Position numbers and translations under genes: made by a program. From Candidatus Iainarchaeum sp. (lineage in GTDB: Archaea > Iainarchaeota > Iainarchaeia > Iainarchaeales > UBA10219), in contig JAGVWE010000004.1 of assembly GCA_018304425.1 (NCBI GenBank), positions 1-64,000 of the forward strand: a stretch of DNA of 64,000 nt, in the 5' to 3' direction. The notes beneath the pieces are model-generated. The model saw nothing but the letters and a program-made list of their open reading frames with translations, had not been told where the DNA came from and did not search any database. This document shows positions 48,543 through 57,555 of this stretch, piece after piece (the stretch's first letter is position 1; each line of letters begins with the position of its first letter).

Positions 48543-48806
48543 TCACTTTTTTATCTTCTCGCGGATTGACTCCAGTTCGGAGATAATCTGCCAGATTTCC
48601 GTGCGAGTGTGGCTCGGCATGTTGATGTCGTTGCTGATGTCGTCCAGGAGGTAGATGGCCCCCGTGATGCCGACATCCAGGTCCTTTTCCTGCAGCTTTT
48701 TCCGGGCCTCGTCCAAGGCCAGGCGGATGTTCCTTGGGACGGTGCTGTCGTTGGCGACGCTTGCCATCAAGTCGGTTACGTTCTTGGTGTCCACATTCAT
48801 GTTCAT
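48543..48806 (-). CDS. UPF0147 family protein
   Basis: DSTVPRNIR..AIYLLDDISNDINMPSHTRTEIWQIISELE. Confidence 0.93.
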   Translation of the reverse strand: MNMNVDTKNVTDLMASVANDSTVPRNIRLALDEARKKLQEKDLDVGITGAIYLLDDISNDINMPSHTRTEIWQIISELESIREKIKK

Positions 48807-48974
48807 TCCACCCGGTTTCATCGGCTGACTTCCCCTCGCCCCAAACCAATCAGGCCAAATAGGGCAGGCAATCACGCCAGGGTCATCCAGAAAAAAGCCT
48901 TCAATTACCTTAACCTCCGCAGGCAATTCAGAGCCCGCTTGCACGGTTATACCATACTTGGAGGGCAAACTAAT

Positions 48975-50033
48975 TTAAAGCGAACCCGCTTTCCCAGCCT
49001 TTCCGGTCTTGGCCGGTTCTCCGAAGGTAACCGGCGTAAACACGGCTTCCCGCTTGTTGAACTTGGTCCAGTCGATGGCCGCGAAAACGGCGTCCCGCAA
49101 GCCGGATTGGAGGCCTTCGCCCTCGATTATCACGTTGCCGGCTTTCTTGGCGGCCTCCAATTGCTCGGGCCTCGCGACATCCGCCTTGTTCACCGCCACC
49201 AGGAACGGGACCTGGAATTCGGCCCGCATTTCCGCCAGCAAATGCAGCTGCTTGTCCAATGGATAGCCGCAGCCATCCGTGGGGTCCAAGACGAAGACAA
49301 TGACTTCCGTCAAGTGCTTCAAGGCAGTCAAGGCCTTTTTCTCGATGGCGTTCCGCTTCTCAATCGGCCGGTCCAGCAACCCCGGCGTATCCGCCACCTG
49401 GATTTCCAGGTACTTCTTCGAGTAATAGCCCAACTTGATGCCCTTGGTCGTGAAGGGGTAGGGCGCGATCTCCGGAGCCGAGGACGTGAGCCGCTTGAGC
49501 AGGGTGCTCTTTCCCGTGTTCGGGTACCCGGCCAGGACCACGGTCGGCAAGTCGAACCGCACCTTCGGAACCTCGCGGAGTTTCTTGCGCGCTTCGTTCA
49601 GGGTTGAGAGGCTGCCCTCCAGGCTCCGGACCATGGAGTCCACGCGCGCGTAAAACTGTTTCCGCGCCTTCCAGGCCAGGTCATCGTTTTTCGCGCCCTG
49701 GACTCTCCGGGCGTGCTCACGGGCGAGTTTCTTGATGAGCCCGGCCACGCTCTCGACATGGCCCAGGCCCTTCTTGAAAGCGTCCAAGTCCACCGTCAAA
49801 GACATGAGTTCCCGGTAAAAGGGGTGCAATTCCGCGATGCTGGGCACGTCCCGTACAAAGGCCCGCAGCCGTTCCTCCAGGAAAGTCGAGACGATGTTGA
49901 TTTTCCGGAGTTCGAGGACCTTCACGCGCCGCTCCTTTTGCACGGGTTTCTTGGCCGCGGCCGCCTCCCGGGAAGCGCGGCTGAACGCGGCGTCAATCAA
50001 TTGCTTGGGGGTCTCGATGGGCTTTAGTTCCAT
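48975..50033 (-). CDS. NOG1-family GTP-binding protein
   Basis: LHPFYREL, AGYPNTGKST, PYPFTTKG, DTPGLLDR, NKAD. Confidence 0.95.
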   Translation of the reverse strand: MELKPIETPKQLIDAAFSRASREAAAAKKPVQKERRVKVLELRKINIVSTFLEERLRAFVRDVPSIAELHPFYRELMSLTVDLDAFKKGLGHVESVAGLIKKLAREHARRVQGAKNDDLAWKARKQFYARVDSMVRSLEGSLSTLNEARKKLREVPKVRFDLPTVVLAGYPNTGKSTLLKRLTSSAPEIAPYPFTTKGIKLGYYSKKYLEIQVADTPGLLDRPIEKRNAIEKKALTALKHLTEVIVFVLDPTDGCGYPLDKQLHLLAEMRAEFQVPFLVAVNKADVARPEQLEAAKKAGNVIIEGEGLQSGLRDAVFAAIDWTKFNKREAVFTPVTFGEPAKTGKAGKAGSL

Positions 50034-50114
50034 ACCGGTCACCTATACAAGCTTTATAAACGTTTTCCAGTTGAAATCTAAGAATATCCAGGCGTTTGAC
50101 TATTTTGTGGTTGC

Positions 50115-51200
50115 ATGGCTTCTTTAAACCCATACAAGGGAAACTACCCGCTGCTCCTCATCCCCGTGGTAATCCTGTCCATCGTCTTCCTCTACCTCGT
50201 CCTGGTCTCCCCCGGCATCACGAAAGGCATTGACCTCGCCGGCGGAACCCTGGTCATCGTGCGCAGCGACAAGGCCATTGACGCCGAGCCACTTGAAGAA
50301 CTCCTGGAAGAGGAGTTCAACCTCGCCCAGTTGCAGGTCACCAGCATTTCCTCGCCCACGGGGGGATACGGGGCAACCGTCCAGTTCGCCTCCAATCCAG
50401 ACCTCCAGCAGGCGGCGGACGAGCTCTCCCTGGCGCGGGAGGCCTTGAAGGCCAACGACCCGGCCAAGGCACAGGCCCACGCGTTGACCGTGCTGGACCT
50501 CGCCAAGCGCTTCACTGGGGCAGCCAGCCTCCAGCCCAAGGACGCCGCTGACGCCGTCGAACTCGCCGGCCTCCAACTGATTGCCGCCGACCAGGCGTTC
50601 CAGGAACAGTTGCAGGACGCCATCGTGAAGTCCTTTGACCTGGGCGGGGAAGTCCGGTTCCAGAAGAAGGAAGTGGGGGCCTCGCTTGGCAAGGCTTTCT
50701 GGGATTCAGCGGTCATGGCCACGGTGGCCGCCTTCGTCATGGTGGCCATCGTCATCTTCATTTCCTTCCGCGAAATCATTCCCGCGGTCGCCATCACCCT
50801 GGCCACCGCCTTCGACATCCTCTGCGCCCTGGCCCTGATGTCGTTGTTCAAGATACCCTTGGACCTTTCCAGCATCCCCTCGCTCCTGATGCTCATCGGT
50901 TACAGCGTTGACACGGAAATCGTGCTCAACTCAAGGCTCACGACCCGCAAGGACATTTCCCCGCCCGAAAGGGTCATGGACGCGTTCTACACCGGCATGA
51001 CCATGACCTTGACGGCCTTGGCCGCCGTGACCGCCATGCTCGTGTTCTCGTATTTCGGCCAAATCATGGTCATCTACCAGATTGCCGCCGTGCTGTTGTT
51101 CGGCCTGCTGGGGGACATTGTTTCCACCTGGTTCATGAACGCCCCCATCCTGTTATGGTATTATGGGAGAAAGCACGCGGCAGGAGGGCGACACCGATGA
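50115..51200 (+). CDS. secF: Protein translocase subunit SecF
   Basis: GIDLAGGT, VGASLG, LMLIGYSVDTEI. Confidence 0.93.
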   Translation: MASLNPYKGNYPLLLIPVVILSIVFLYLVLVSPGITKGIDLAGGTLVIVRSDKAIDAEPLEELLEEEFNLAQLQVTSISSPTGGYGATVQFASNPDLQQAADELSLAREALKANDPAKAQAHALTVLDLAKRFTGAASLQPKDAADAVELAGLQLIAADQAFQEQLQDAIVKSFDLGGEVRFQKKEVGASLGKAFWDSAVMATVAAFVMVAIVIFISFREIIPAVAITLATAFDILCALALMSLFKIPLDLSSIPSLLMLIGYSVDTEIVLNSRLTTRKDISPPERVMDAFYTGMTMTLTALAAVTAMLVFSYFGQIMVIYQIAAVLLFGLLGDIVSTWFMNAPILLWYYGRKHAAGGRHR

Positions 51201-52870
51201 AGCAACTCCTGCGCAGTTGGCGGGTGTGGGTGTACGTCCTGGCCATGCTGGTCTCCTTTTACGCACTCACCTTCAACGGCTTGCGGTACGGCGTCGACTT
51301 TTCGGGTGGCACCCTGTTCCAGGTGCAGCTGGTGGAAAAAGTCAAGAGCCCCGAGCAGATGGCGCAAATCGAGAAAGTCATCGAGAAGAGGCTGGACTGG
51401 ACCGGCTTGAAGGACACCAAGGTCTCCGCGTGGGGCGACGAGTTCGTGGTCGCGCAAATCGCGGAAACGGATCCCGCGCGCGTCGAAGAACTCGAGAGCC
51501 TGCTGCGCAAGCAGGGAAAGTTCGAGGCCACGCTGGACGGCAACCTGTTATTCGATGGCTCCGAATTGACTCACATCCCCAAGGACCCCGCACAAGGCTA
51601 TGGCTTTTCCAATGCCGCCAACGACCTCGTCCAATGGAGCCTGCCCTTCTACTTGAACGATGCCGCGGCCAAGCGGTTCACCCGCATGTCCTTCCACCAG
51701 TGCATGGTCGTTTCCTATGCCCAGGCCGGCGGCAAGCAATACGAGTGCAAGCGCACGTACTTCTTCATTGACCGGCCGGTCAACAGCGTGCTGGTGATCC
51801 CGAAGGACCTCTACCTCTCCGACCGGCAGGCCCTCCTCCAGGGCAACCAGGAACACGACATCCCGGCCGGGGTTTCCCTCGAAGAACTCCTGCAAAATGC
51901 CAGCTTGCCCTATGTCGTGGTGGATTCCCCGGCAACCGAGGAGCAAACCACTGAGTTGAAGGACTTTTCCGCTTCCCGCCGCCACGCCATCGTGCCCCAC
52001 AACCTCTCCCCCGAGCTGGCCTCGCTTCTCGGCGGCATGGGCTACCGCTTGAAGAAAGTCAACGTCCCGGAACCGGACGTCCAACGCACACCGGGCCTGG
52101 CCACCGACGCCTATGACATCCAGCAAACCGTTCCCTGGACCTGGATTGCGTCGGGCGCGCGTTCCGTCATCTCGTTGACGGCAGGAGTCGCCAGCCTCGA
52201 GCCCTTTGTCGCGAACGCCGAGGACGCCAAGGAATTCAATCCCCTCCTCATCCAGGGAACGGGGGAAACCCAGGAGATAGCCGAAAAACGCCTCAAAGAA
52301 CTCACCATCATCCTTGAATCCGGTTCCCTGCCGATTCCGGTGGAAAGCGTTTCCAAGGAAACCATTTCGCCTTTCCTGGGAAGGGAATTCCTGGGCGAGG
52401 GGTTCTGGATTGGTTTGGTGGGCGTCCTGACCGTGGCAATCGTCTTGGCCATCCGCTACCGGCGCCCCAAGCTCATCGGGCCCATGATGGTGACCGTGTT
52501 GTCGGAAGCCTACCTGACGCTGGGCTTTGCCGCGCTCATCAAGTGGAACCTGGACCTGGCCTCCATCGCGGGCATTTTGACGGCGGTGGGCACGGGGGTC
52601 AACGACCAAATCATCATCACCGATGAATTGCTGCACGGCGGGGAGCGAACAACCACTTCCACGTCCTTCGTCAACCGCATCAAGAAAGCCTTCTTCATCG
52701 TGGTGGCGACCGCTTCCACGATTCTTGCCGCGATGGTCCCCATCCTGTTCATCGGCTTCGGCAGGCTGACTGGCTTCGCGATTACCACGATTGCGGGCGT
52801 GCTCATCGGCATCCTCATCACGCGCCCCGCCTACGGCGAGGCCGCGCGCCATCTACTCGAAGAAAAATAG
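51197..52870 (+). CDS. secD: Protein translocase subunit SecD
   Basis: YGVDFSGG, LESGSLP, ISPFLG, GTGVNDQIIITDE, GILITRPAY. Confidence 0.94.
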   Translation: MKQLLRSWRVWVYVLAMLVSFYALTFNGLRYGVDFSGGTLFQVQLVEKVKSPEQMAQIEKVIEKRLDWTGLKDTKVSAWGDEFVVAQIAETDPARVEELESLLRKQGKFEATLDGNLLFDGSELTHIPKDPAQGYGFSNAANDLVQWSLPFYLNDAAAKRFTRMSFHQCMVVSYAQAGGKQYECKRTYFFIDRPVNSVLVIPKDLYLSDRQALLQGNQEHDIPAGVSLEELLQNASLPYVVVDSPATEEQTTELKDFSASRRHAIVPHNLSPELASLLGGMGYRLKKVNVPEPDVQRTPGLATDAYDIQQTVPWTWIASGARSVISLTAGVASLEPFVANAEDAKEFNPLLIQGTGETQEIAEKRLKELTIILESGSLPIPVESVSKETISPFLGREFLGEGFWIGLVGVLTVAIVLAIRYRRPKLIGPMMVTVLSEAYLTLGFAALIKWNLDLASIAGILTAVGTGVNDQIIITDELLHGGERTTTSTSFVNRIKKAFFIVVATASTILAAMVPILFIGFGRLTGFAITTIAGVLIGILITRPAYGEAARHLLEEK

Positions 52871-52919
52871 GTTCGAAGAAAAAGGTTCTAGAAAAAAGAG
52901 GAAAACGTCAGCAGCCACT

Positions 52920-53378
52920 CTAATAGCCGCCGACGAATGGACTATAACCGTACGCGCCGTACTGGTACGGATAATTGTAGCCAGCGGTGCGTGGGTTGTA
53001 GGCCAAGCCGTAATTGTCGTAGCCGCTCACGAACGGATTGTACCGGTAGGGCCGATTGTAGTAGTCGCCCGTGAAACCCGCAGTCGAGAACCGGCTTTCC
53101 GTGTTCCCGTACCCGTTCCCGTACAAGCCGTAACCTGGATACCCGTATCCCGCGTAGAGCGAGTTGTAGCCGGAGCCGTAGCCGTTTGCATACGGGGAAC
53201 CGTAGGCATAGCTGCCGCCGCTCTGGTAGGGATACCGATAGCCCAGCCCATAAGCTCCCTGCCCATAGGCGCCATAGGAACCATACGCGCCATAGGTGCC
53301 ATAGGCGTAAGCCGATGCCTCGGATGCAATCAAGGTCAATGCCGTGACGGCAAGCAAAGCCATTAACAGTTTCTTCAT
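52920..53378 (-). CDS. Secreted Gly/Tyr-rich low-complexity protein
   Basis: Signal peptide MKKLLMALLAV..ASA, then YG-dominated repeats. Confidence 0.85.
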   Translation of the reverse strand: MKKLLMALLAVTALTLIASEASAYAYGTYGAYGSYGAYGQGAYGLGYRYPYQSGGSYAYGSPYANGYGSGYNSLYAGYGYPGYGLYGNGYGNTESRFSTAGFTGDYYNRPYRYNPFVSGYDNYGLAYNPRTAGYNYPYQYGAYGYSPFVGGY

Positions 53379-53497
53379 GGATAACCCCCTGTTCACGTTA
53401 ATAAATAACTATTCTGTTGAGGTTGTATTTAAAGGTATCTTTTTGGCTGGTTTGGGCCCTGGAAAGCCTTATATAGCGGTTAAGGCGTATTCCTTGC

Positions 53498-53998
53498 ATG
53501 GGTAGGTTATGGAAAAGCGGGGCCCGGAAGAACCGGAACCCCAAACCGTTGAAGCGCGCTCCCACCGCCCACGGCCGAAGGGCGGCAGGTCCATCCAATT
53601 ATCGGCGCATGAAACGCGTTGGCATGTTGCGCCCCACAGCCCGGGCTGCCGTTGAAGCCCGGCTGGCAGAGTCAGGCAAGCGACAAGTCGTTGCTACTCA
53701 CCAGGCAAGCTATGACCACATGGTGCGGGATTTGAAGGCGTTGCAAGCCGAAGAACGTGAGCTTGCGATTCAGGGCACCCTTTCCATGGGCACCAACCGC
53801 TACAACCAAGTGATTGCCGAGATACGCCGGCTCCAAGCCCTGCTCCCGCAAGCCAGGCGCATGCTAGCAGAGGAAAGGAGAGGCGTAACCGACTTGCTCA
53901 CCGGGCACCCCAGCTTTGAGGACGTCCTTAGCCGCCGCACCATTCAAGGCGATGCCTTGCTTCGCGAGTTGGCTAAGATCCGCAAGGAATTCCGCTGA
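53498..53998 (+). CDS. Arg-rich orphan protein
   Basis: 166 aa, very basic N-terminus, helical C-terminus; TTATATAG about 21 nt upstream. Confidence 0.65.
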   Translation: MGRLWKSGARKNRNPKPLKRAPTAHGRRAAGPSNYRRMKRVGMLRPTARAAVEARLAESGKRQVVATHQASYDHMVRDLKALQAEERELAIQGTLSMGTNRYNQVIAEIRRLQALLPQARRMLAEERRGVTDLLTGHPSFEDVLSRRTIQGDALLRELAKIRKEFR

Positions 53999-53999
53999 T

Positions 54000-54527
54000 T
54001 TACCACGGCACGTGCTTGAGCTTGGCTTTGAAGGCAATCCAGTTGCTGAGGCGGTGGACGAACACCGTGGCGACGCAGATGACGATGATTTCGTAGAAGC
54101 CCGGCGTGTACGCGAGGCTGCCCACTATCATGGCGCCGAACGCGAAGTCGAGTTGGTCGAGGAACAGCACCGGGGCCCCGACTTCGAGGTCGTTTCTCCG
54201 CTTGATGAAGCTCGCGGCAATGTCTCCGGCCATGGCCCCAACCGACAAGAGGAAGCCGAGTGCCAGGTAGTCTTCGGCCAGCAAAGCGGTGTAGGCCGGG
54301 AAGGCCTGGCGCAGGAGCAATGCAACCATGGTTCCCGTGAAGATGCCGCCAAGCGTGCCGCGCACGGTCTTGCCTTTCCCGAAAACGGGTTTGCCGTCCA
54401 CCCACTTCACGTCCAAGTCAATGGGGGTCTTGCCGCGCCAAAGCATGGCCGAGGAATTCGCGAAGTACATGGGCAGCACGTAGAGAATGGTTTTCGCCAT
54501 TTCCTGGAGCAAAAGCGCTTCCCCCAT
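54000..54527 (-). CDS. carS: CDP-archaeol synthase
   Basis: PMYFANS, PIDL, FGKGKTVRG, GDIAASFIKRR, LDQLDF, LKHVPW. Confidence 0.93.
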   Translation of the reverse strand: MGEALLLQEMAKTILYVLPMYFANSSAMLWRGKTPIDLDVKWVDGKPVFGKGKTVRGTLGGIFTGTMVALLLRQAFPAYTALLAEDYLALGFLLSVGAMAGDIAASFIKRRNDLEVGAPVLFLDQLDFAFGAMIVGSLAYTPGFYEIIVICVATVFVHRLSNWIAFKAKLKHVPW

Positions 54528-54572
54528 GTCAACCCCCTTGTTTAATAATTTTTAGGGGCCTACCCTATTTAT

Positions 54573-54596
54573 TACCCAACGGGTAACCCAACGGGT
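54573..54596. promoter_or_regulatory. Tandem palindromic ACCC-AAC-GGGT boxes between divergent carS and sppA
   Basis: TACCCAACGGGTA followed directly by ACCCAACGGGT, downstream of TTTATTA. Confidence 0.45.
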
Positions 54597-54602
54597 GCAA
54601 GC

Positions 54603-55505
54603 ATGCGGAAAATACTCCTAGTGGGCCTTGCGGCCTTCCTGTTCCTCTTCGGATTGGCCCTGGTTTTGAGCCTCTTCGTGGCTTCCACGGCCGGGGACGG
54701 GGCAACCCTGTCGTTTGGCAAGAAACTGGCTGTTCTTCCAGTCAAGGGCGAGATTTCCTCCGAGAAGTCGGTTCGCGACGGGGTGTACGCGGATGACCTG
54801 GTCGAGGACCTGGACAAGGCCGAAAAGGACTCCACGGTTGCCGGCATCTTCTTGGACATCGACAGCCCGGGCGGCAGCGTCGTGCCCACCAAGCAAATCG
54901 TGTACAAAATCCGTTCCCTTGAGAAGCCGGTGGTCGCGTACATCGGGGAAATGGGGGCCAGCGGCGGTTACTACATCGCGGCCTCGGCCGACTACGTGGT
55001 CGCGGACGAGGACTCCCTGACCGGCAGCATCGGGGTAATCTCCTTGTTGCCCAACCTCCAGGGCCTCCTGGAAAAAATTGGCGTGAAAATGGAGGTGCTG
55101 AAGGAAGGCGAGAACAAGGCCATCGCCAGCCCCTTCACGGAGTTGACGGCGGACCAGCGCAAGATCATGCAGGGCCTGTTGTCGGACGTGTACGCCAAGT
55201 TCAAGGCGGACGTCCTCGCGTTCAGGAAGGGCAAAGTGCGCCTGAAATTGTTTGACGAGCTGGCGGACGGCCGCATCCTGTCCGGCAGGCAGGCCCTGGA
55301 CGCGGGCCTCATCGACTTGACCGGTTCCAAGGAAGACGCGCTCAAGAAGGCGGCGGAGCTCAGCGGCATCGAAGGCGAGCCGGAACTCGTGAAGTACGAG
55401 AAGAAAGAGCTTTCCCTGCTGGACTTTTTCATGCAGGCCGGGAGCGCCTTCGGCTACTCGTTCAAGAACGCCTTGGTCTCCGATGCCCGGCTCTCCATCA
55501 AGTGA
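54603..55505 (+). CDS. sppA: Signal peptide peptidase SppA
   Basis: IDSPGGS, KPVV, ASGGYYIA, TGSIGV, DGRILSG. Confidence 0.95.
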   Translation: MRKILLVGLAAFLFLFGLALVLSLFVASTAGDGATLSFGKKLAVLPVKGEISSEKSVRDGVYADDLVEDLDKAEKDSTVAGIFLDIDSPGGSVVPTKQIVYKIRSLEKPVVAYIGEMGASGGYYIAASADYVVADEDSLTGSIGVISLLPNLQGLLEKIGVKMEVLKEGENKAIASPFTELTADQRKIMQGLLSDVYAKFKADVLAFRKGKVRLKLFDELADGRILSGRQALDAGLIDLTGSKEDALKKAAELSGIEGEPELVKYEKKELSLLDFFMQAGSAFGYSFKNALVSDARLSIK

Positions 55506-56193
55506 GGCTGGTGAGGGCGTACACGAGCAGGCCGCCCGCGCTGCTGGCGATGAAGTTGACCTGCATGTTGTTGAGCTTTCCCTTCCGCTCCAATACGGCG
55601 CCCAACAGGCTGTCCACCAGGGAACCCGTTATCCCGGCGAGCAGGATGGCCAGCAAATGCACCTGGTTGCCCCGCAAGTAGTAGTAGGACACCGCCATCA
55701 CGAGGGAAGCGCCGAGGGCCGCGCCAAGCCCCAGCAGCGTTATCCCGCCGTCCGTTCCCCGCTCGACCTTTTGCAACGTGGTGATGAGCCGCGGTTTTTT
55801 CCCGGAAAGCATGCCGATCTCGCTGGACGCCGTGTCGGCCAACGCCGCTGAAAGCGCTCCAAAGAAGGCGGGGTGCTGTCCCAGCACCAAGGCAATCATG
55901 GCTGGCAACCCGTTCCCGATGATGTTTTGCGTGGTCCGCTTCTCGAATTTCTCGGCCTTGTTGCGGCGGCCGAACCGCGTGAAGACTTCCGCGAAGAGGA
56001 AAGTCACCATGCAGGCGATGAACGCGCTCAAGCCGCCCAAGGCAAAGGCAATGATGCCGAAGAAGTCGGCCAACAGCATGCCCTTGTAGTCCAGGGACCC
56101 CTTTTTGTGGAAGAAATAGGTGAGGGTTACGATAATCAGCGCAACGACCGCAAATTGTTCCCCGTCAATGGCCACGAGAAGCATTGAAGTCAC
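55498..56193 (-). CDS. DUF92/TMEM19 membrane protein
   Basis: RTTQNIIGNG, ADTASSEIG, PRLITT, GTDGGIT, DSLLGA, NNMQVNF. Confidence 0.9.
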   Translation of the reverse strand: MTSMLLVAIDGEQFAVVALIIVTLTYFFHKKGSLDYKGMLLADFFGIIAFALGGLSAFIACMVTFLFAEVFTRFGRRNKAEKFEKRTTQNIIGNGLPAMIALVLGQHPAFFGALSAALADTASSEIGMLSGKKPRLITTLQKVERGTDGGITLLGLGAALGASLVMAVSYYYLRGNQVHLLAILLAGITGSLVDSLLGAVLERKGKLNNMQVNFIASSAGGLLVYALTSLT

Positions 56194-56825
56194 TGGGAGA
56201 GAACCCTTGACTTGATGATTTCAACCCTTTTAAGCGCGGCCACCTTTTTGGCGTCCGCCGTGATTTTTGCCGGGAGGTTGCCGAAGATCAGCTCGGTGAT
56301 GACCTTGTCATAGGTCTTGGATTTGGCGAAATCCAGTATGCCGTCCACCACTATCTTTCGGATGGCGGTGCACTGGTCGTTGGTCGCCTTCCTGACCGTG
56401 AGTGCAAGGGTCTTGACCCTGACTTTGACGTTGTCCTTCGTGACCACGTCCTGCACGCATTCAATCTTGCTGGCCCTTCTCCGCACCAGCCGCCGGATAT
56501 AATCGGGGCTCACCTGGTGCAGGATGGGCTCGGTGTAGGCCTTGTTTCCCTTGACTTCCCTGACCTTGAAGCTGATGGTGGCGCTCGCCTTCTTTGCGGG
56601 GCTCAGTTCCCTGGCGCCCACAATGATTATGCGGTCCTGAACCATTTCAGGCTTTTCCGCAATGGTTTCTCCCAGGGGCTTGCTGTCAAAGTAAGCGGGG
56701 GCGTACAGCGTGTACCAGATCTTCTTCTTCCACTTGTCAACGGTTTTCTTCTTTGCCTTGGGCTTGGCTTTCTCGTCCTTTTGGCCGCCCTTGGCCGCTG
56801 ATTTCGCGTCCTCTTCCACCTGCAT
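56190..56825 (-). CDS. rps3ae: 30S ribosomal protein S3Ae (eS1)
   Basis: DKWKKKIWY..AP.YF, DYIRRLVRRRASKI, VEIIKS. Confidence 0.95.
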   Translation of the reverse strand: MQVEEDAKSAAKGGQKDEKAKPKAKKKTVDKWKKKIWYTLYAPAYFDSKPLGETIAEKPEMVQDRIIIVGARELSPAKKASATISFKVREVKGNKAYTEPILHQVSPDYIRRLVRRRASKIECVQDVVTKDNVKVRVKTLALTVRKATNDQCTAIRKIVVDGILDFAKSKTYDKVITELIFGNLPAKITADAKKVAALKRVEIIKSRVLSQ

Positions 56826-56829
56826 TTTC

Positions 56830-56937
56830 TCAGCCCTCAATCATTGCATTGATTTCCCGGATGATGTCCGTGAATTCTTTTTCTCCTTTTAGCCGGATTT
56901 CCCTTCCCTTAAGCTTCAGCGTTCCCTCGAATCTCAC
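56830..56937 (-). CDS. 35-aa micro-ORF at the usual pcc1 position (not in ORF track)
   Basis: Starts 1 nt after the rps15 stop and ends 4 nt before the rps3ae ATG; MRFEGTLKLKGREIRLKGEKEFTDIIREINAMIEG*. Confidence 0.55.
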   Translation of the reverse strand: MRFEGTLKLKGREIRLKGEKEFTDIIREINAMIEG

Positions 56938-56938
56938 G

Positions 56939-57364
56939 TCATTTCACCAGCAAGGCCGCGGTCTCCGGAGTGTACCTCCAGCTCGCGGGCAGTTTTCCGG
57001 CGCCCTTGTAATACGTTACAAGCCGCTGGATCTTTGAAACCGCCAACTGGTAACCGCGCTTGGCCGTGTAGTCCTTGCGGTTGGTGGACAAGTGCTTCTG
57101 CAATTCCACGCTCCGCCGGATAAGGTTCAGCAAATCCCTTGGCACGTCCGCCAACAGCTTGTGCTCGCCGAGGACGGCTTCGATCCGCTTGCCCGTCAGC
57201 TTCTTGACGCTTGGAACCCCGTGCGAGTCCCGCAGGGTCATGCCGATTTCGCTGGCGTTCATGCCCTGGTTGGCCAGATCCACGATGAGCTTCTCGATTT
57301 CAGCTGGCTTGTAGGCTACGCCTTCCCCCGTGGATTCCGGCTGCACTTCCTTTGTCTTTGCCAT
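56939..57364 (-). CDS. rps15: 30S ribosomal protein S15 (uS15)
   Basis: SEIGMTLRDSHGVP, PRDLLNLI, KHL..NRKD, SKIQRLVTYYK, WRY. Confidence 0.95.
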   Translation of the reverse strand: MAKTKEVQPESTGEGVAYKPAEIEKLIVDLANQGMNASEIGMTLRDSHGVPSVKKLTGKRIEAVLGEHKLLADVPRDLLNLIRRSVELQKHLSTNRKDYTAKRGYQLAVSKIQRLVTYYKGAGKLPASWRYTPETAALLVK

Positions 57365-57555
57365 AAAAAAACCCTTGAAATTGCCTTCAAAGGTACCAAA
57401 CCGCTCTTTCAAGGAAACGGTCAAGCCAATGAAAAAACAAGCAATATACCCCAATTCCCCAGTGAAAGGTATTTAAAGGTTGCCCCAACGTTCCTTTCCC
57501 CTCCAGCCCGGCGGTGCCTTTAAATACAAGAAAAAACTATAATTGCCCGGTTTCC

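Noticed and set aside
48810-48970. Possible ncRNA or extended UPF0147 N-terminus
   Set aside because: No recognisable RNA family or convincing stems; the extension lacks family similarity
50065-50077. ORB-like TTCCAGTTGAAAT
   Set aside because: Single copy, no G-string, in a short divergent promoter far from cdc6
52856-52900. Imperfect tandem (T/C)TCGAAGAAAAAGG repeats
   Set aside because: No spacers, so not CRISPR; explained as T-rich termination tracts between convergent genes
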